Assembly: GCA_964188305.1 (NCBI GenBank)
Contig: OZ076892.1
Reading direction: 5' to 3' (one strand)
Source: Podarcis bocagei
Lineage: Eukaryota
Length of the DNA stretch: 64,000 nucleotides
The position numbers and the translations under genes are program-made. Of the stretch, positions 61,401-64,000 are shown piece after piece; the stretch's first letter is position 1, and every line of letters starts with the position of its first letter. A model generated the notes under the pieces. The model saw only the letters and a list, made by a program, of their open reading frames with translations. It was not told the origin of the DNA and did no database searches.

Positions 61401-63675
61401 CACCTTGGCCAAGGCAAAACCCTCTGTCCAAAGGCTGCATTTGCCAAAGCCCTGATTTTATACTTCCTAATAATGGCCCCAATGCAACTAGTAAACTAGG
61501 ATTTATTTAGTACTTTTCCAAAATGCTCAAAGCACTTCCCAAACAGACACATTACAAACTTTACACCAACCTTGCCAGATAGGCCAGTGCTACAGAGGAT
61601 CTGGAGGATGAGAAGGTGGCTGAGAAATGGCAGCTCACAAAGGCCACCTAGTGAGCTCATAGCCAAGTTCCCAGTTTGTAAATTCACCTTCTTAACCACT
61701 ATTCATGAGCCTGTCAGCCTATCCCAAAAGATGTGATCTGCTTACCCAGCACAAGCCTGCAGGCAAGCCAGCATAGTTGCCAGTGTCTCTGGAGGAAGCT
61801 GAGCACTTTTGGGCTGGTCTTTCTCTGGGGCAAGGCCACCTAAGATAGAGGGGCACCTTCTCTTTAGGAAAGTCATACAGGCTTGGATGAAAGGCTCCTA
61901 GGGAAGGAAAAGTGCAAATTTCAGTGGGATACACATACTTAACAATAGTTCAAGAATGTTAACAAAATTATTATATAGAAAATACTGGGTATTAGCTCAA
62001 CATTATCACTCAAGAGTGCATGCTGAAAGCAATTTTTATAAACTGCAGGGAAACATTTTTTTTAAAAAGTGACTGTTACCACCAAAAAAATGCAAAAATA
62101 ATTAAGAAAATCCTGCTTTACCCCATGCTCCCGAATTTTATCTGTGAGCCATTTGTCTAGTTTGAGGTATTCCCGTCGAGAGGCAAGTGCAGCAAGGTCA
62201 ATAACAAAGGCAAATGGAGTACCATTTAGCAGCATTGACAACGCCTAAAGAAAGAGAGTTAGAAAACTGCTAGTCAAAGTATCAGGCTACGCTTCCCTCA
62301 GAATTAGCCTACACACATACACCCTCCCCCACCATATCTATATATGATTCAGTTCCCAACATTTTTTTCTGTCACACAGAACATGACAGAGACGGCAGCC
62401 AGCAAAGCAGCTTCCAGGGTGGGAATTTCTCCTCCTGGGAGAAGAATACACTGGACACATTGCTTTTCCTTTCAACCTAAGAATTTGAAGTGGGGGAGGG
62501 GGGGAGATGTGGAAGACTACAGGCAAGGCAAAGCCACTGAGGGTGGAAGGCTTCACAGCAAAGTGACATAAGTAATTCTTCTCTCCCTATTTTCTGATCT
62601 ATAGGTGGCAGGCACCCTGTTGACAGTAATCCTCACCACCCTCATGGCCATTAAAGCTGGGTGGGCTGTGCGCATTATCCACAAGTGGGACTGCTCACTC
62701 TTCCCTCCTTCAGCAGTTACGGCTCTTTCTATGCTTGGGTGGAACAGGCCTTGAAACTGCCTGTGCAAGACTGGAGGAAGACCGGAGAACCAATCCCTAC
62801 CTCACCACCTGGTTGCTTGGGAGAGCAGTTTTTATGGGTGGTTTGAGCTCCTATCACTGCTGGAAACCCAACATTATCCTGCCCATTAAATTTCAGAGGA
62901 ATATACACTATACATGACTTCTATTCATTTCAATTGCAAGGGCTCTTGTACAAACTCCAAAGAAAAAGAGGTTGCATAGCCATGGAGCTTGAGGCAATAC
63001 ACTGATACCTTCTGGTGACAACACACCTTCCTTGAAATAAGCAAATAATTATGGGCCTTCAGTAGTGCTGAACCAAACTTAACCAAATTGCCACCCTGGG
63101 CTCCTTTGGGAGTTATAACATGAATGCTGACCCAGTAGTGTCTAGTAAAAGCTATAGAGTTATGATATTCAATGCCACCAAAATCTTGCACACTTTCTTG
63201 ATGAAGAGAAAAGGCAAACATACAACGGCGGTGACACTTTGCAAGTTTTTAAGAGTCTCTGGAGTTGCTCTAATGCAAGATCATAAAAACAAAAAAGAAA
63301 ACTACAGCTCTGGATCTTAGTAACTCTGCAGATGGAAAAAATTACTTTAGCAAGTCACAAATTTAGCAACACAGCTTCATATTAAGCAAAGAGATGAGTT
63401 TCTCTTCCTACACATAACCTCTTCCTGTCCTTAGAATAAACATGTCCTCTGATGTGATACTTATTTTCCTCCACTCCCAAACCCTGCATCTCACACAACC
63501 CCAACACTAAAGTCAAAGCACTTTCCACATAATTAAAATATAGAATCAAACTCACCTTCAAGTCTTGGGCCACGTCTAGAATACGTGATAATTTTGCTTG
63601 GTCATACTGTTCCCCTCGCATGTACCATTCTGCCATAGCATGCATGATGAGCTGGCGAATTGAAGGAGACTGGCC
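28463..63675 (-). CDS. CNOT1: CCR4-NOT transcription complex subunit 1, last 36 coding exons (1848 aa; 5' exons lie beyond the window end)
   Basis: Exons in transcript order: 63556-63675, 62122-62244, 61746-61897, 60883-61033, 59850-60054, 59432(alt 59447)-59575, 56188-56312, 55083-55369, 52875-52953, 51548-51778, 50727-50867 (GC donor), 49549-49728, 48657-48773, 48348-48458, 47813-47890, 47353-47530, 46746-46876, 46324-46620, 44574-44714, 44386-44490, 44163-44282, 43477-43668, 42759-42901, 41184-41292, 40924-41093, 39443(alt 39422)-39674, 36733-36981, 36015-36178, 34747-34864, 33175-33276, 32730-32903, 31674-31823, 30406-30586, 29383-29515, 28662-28796, 28463-28541. Sum 5547 nt, frame continuous from [12 protein letters not shown] to ...[23 protein letters not shown]...[10 protein letters not shown]. 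Confidence 0.98.
30664..30958. mobile_element. Young Tc1/mariner (Tigger-like) MITE in a CNOT1 intron
   Basis: Perfect 22-bp TIRs CAGTGGTGCCTCGCAAGACGAA, TA TSDs, repeated GCAAGACGAA motif, three 18-bp tandem units AGCCGCTAAGCCGTTAAT at ~30823-30880. Confidence 0.92.
31986..32009. repeat. (CAAC)n microsatellite
   Basis: caaccaaccaaccaaccaaccaac. Confidence 0.85.
38167..38296 (-). ncRNA. Candidate degenerate H/ACA snoRNA-like double hairpin (SNORA46-like guide motifs)
   Basis: Two hairpins with internal pockets, ~130 nt, host-sense in a CNOT1 intron; boxes non-canonical (AAAATG, ATA). See findings. Confidence 0.3.
42027..42050. repeat. (AAAAT)n microsatellite
   Basis: aaaataaaataaaataaaataaat. 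Confidence 0.8.
53140..53390 (-). mobile_element. CR1/L2-like LINE 3'-end fragment (related fragments at ~8135-8350 and ~8905-9130)
   Basis: Shared motifs (GGCCCATCTAGTC, GGAGGCAGAACATAGCCAT); no intact ORF. Confidence 0.55.
56474..57725 (-). mobile_element. DIRS-like tyrosine-recombinase retrotransposon relic
   Basis: Degenerate YR peptides [29 protein letters not shown] (HSTR-like), [12 protein letters not shown]; inverted repeats 56474-56508/56704-56738 and ~56761-56778/~57698-57717. Confidence 0.7.
58841..59334. mobile_element. Young hAT non-autonomous element with GC/CpG-rich gene-like cargo
   Basis: Perfect TIRs CAGTGTTTCCCAA / TTGGGAAACACTG, perfect 8-bp TSD CCTTAGAG (58833-58840, 59335-59342), subterminal CGGCACAC repeats. 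Confidence 0.93.
60617..60752 (-). ncRNA. SNORA50: Intronic H/ACA box snoRNA, SNORA50/SNORA76 family
   Basis: Minus strand AAGCACCATCTTTGAACCTGAC...GGTCAAGCAATGGTGCT-AGATTG-TAAGGACTTGTTATAACTGGGGCTCCTCAGTTCTCAGCTGAGCTGCTCTTTTAAAAACAAGGC-ACA-TAT: two hairpins, ACA 3 nt from the end, close to the recalled human SNORA50A sequence, which is hosted in CNOT1; same sense as host. Confidence 0.9.
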
Positions 63676-64000
63676 CTAAGGAAACATCAGCTGAATTTCA
63701 GATTACTACATAAATTATCTAGCTCTTAAAGAGCAATTACACTGGCACATGGCAAGTCCCTTGCTGCTCTGTAACACTGAAATCACAGGTTCCAATTCAA
63801 TGAAAACGAAAGTAGCAGGTGGAAGAGAGGGTTTCAGCTTATTTCTCCCCCCACCTTCAGTTCTAGGTACCTTGCTCCTCCAACCCTTTGGCCTCCACAA
63901 CTTGCCCCTACCATACAGCCAGCTTGGCCCTGTGTTTTGCTCCACCAGCAAATGTGATGGAGCCTGATTACAATAACAAATCAAACCACCAACCCATTTT

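Overview
Vertebrate genomic DNA, almost certainly a squamate lizard (full-length Sauria-type SINE plus Squam/MIR-like SINEs, Tigger-like and hAT MITEs, and Penelope and DIRS relics). The window holds the syntenic block NDRG4 (3' half, + strand) - SETD6 (complete, + strand, CpG-island promoter) - CNOT1 (last 36 coding exons, - strand, convergent with SETD6). An H/ACA snoRNA resembling SNORA50 lies in a CNOT1 intron. Exons were placed by hand from splice sites and reading-frame continuity. Comparisons to human sequences are from recalled knowledge, not from a search. The most unusual observations are: (1) a young hAT element with perfect TIRs/TSD carrying what looks like a captured CpG-island 5' gene fragment (poly-Q/poly-A N-terminus); (2) a candidate stop-first alternative terminal or poison exon in the CNOT1 intron after '...ATALR'; (3) a second, degenerate two-hairpin H/ACA-like RNA with SNORA46-like guide motifs; (4) back-to-back bidirectional poly(A) signals between SETD6 and CNOT1; (5) two GC-AG introns; (6) a Penelope relic with a decayed hammerhead ribozyme; (7) a DIRS-type relic. 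No new multi-gene system can be supported from this sequence alone.
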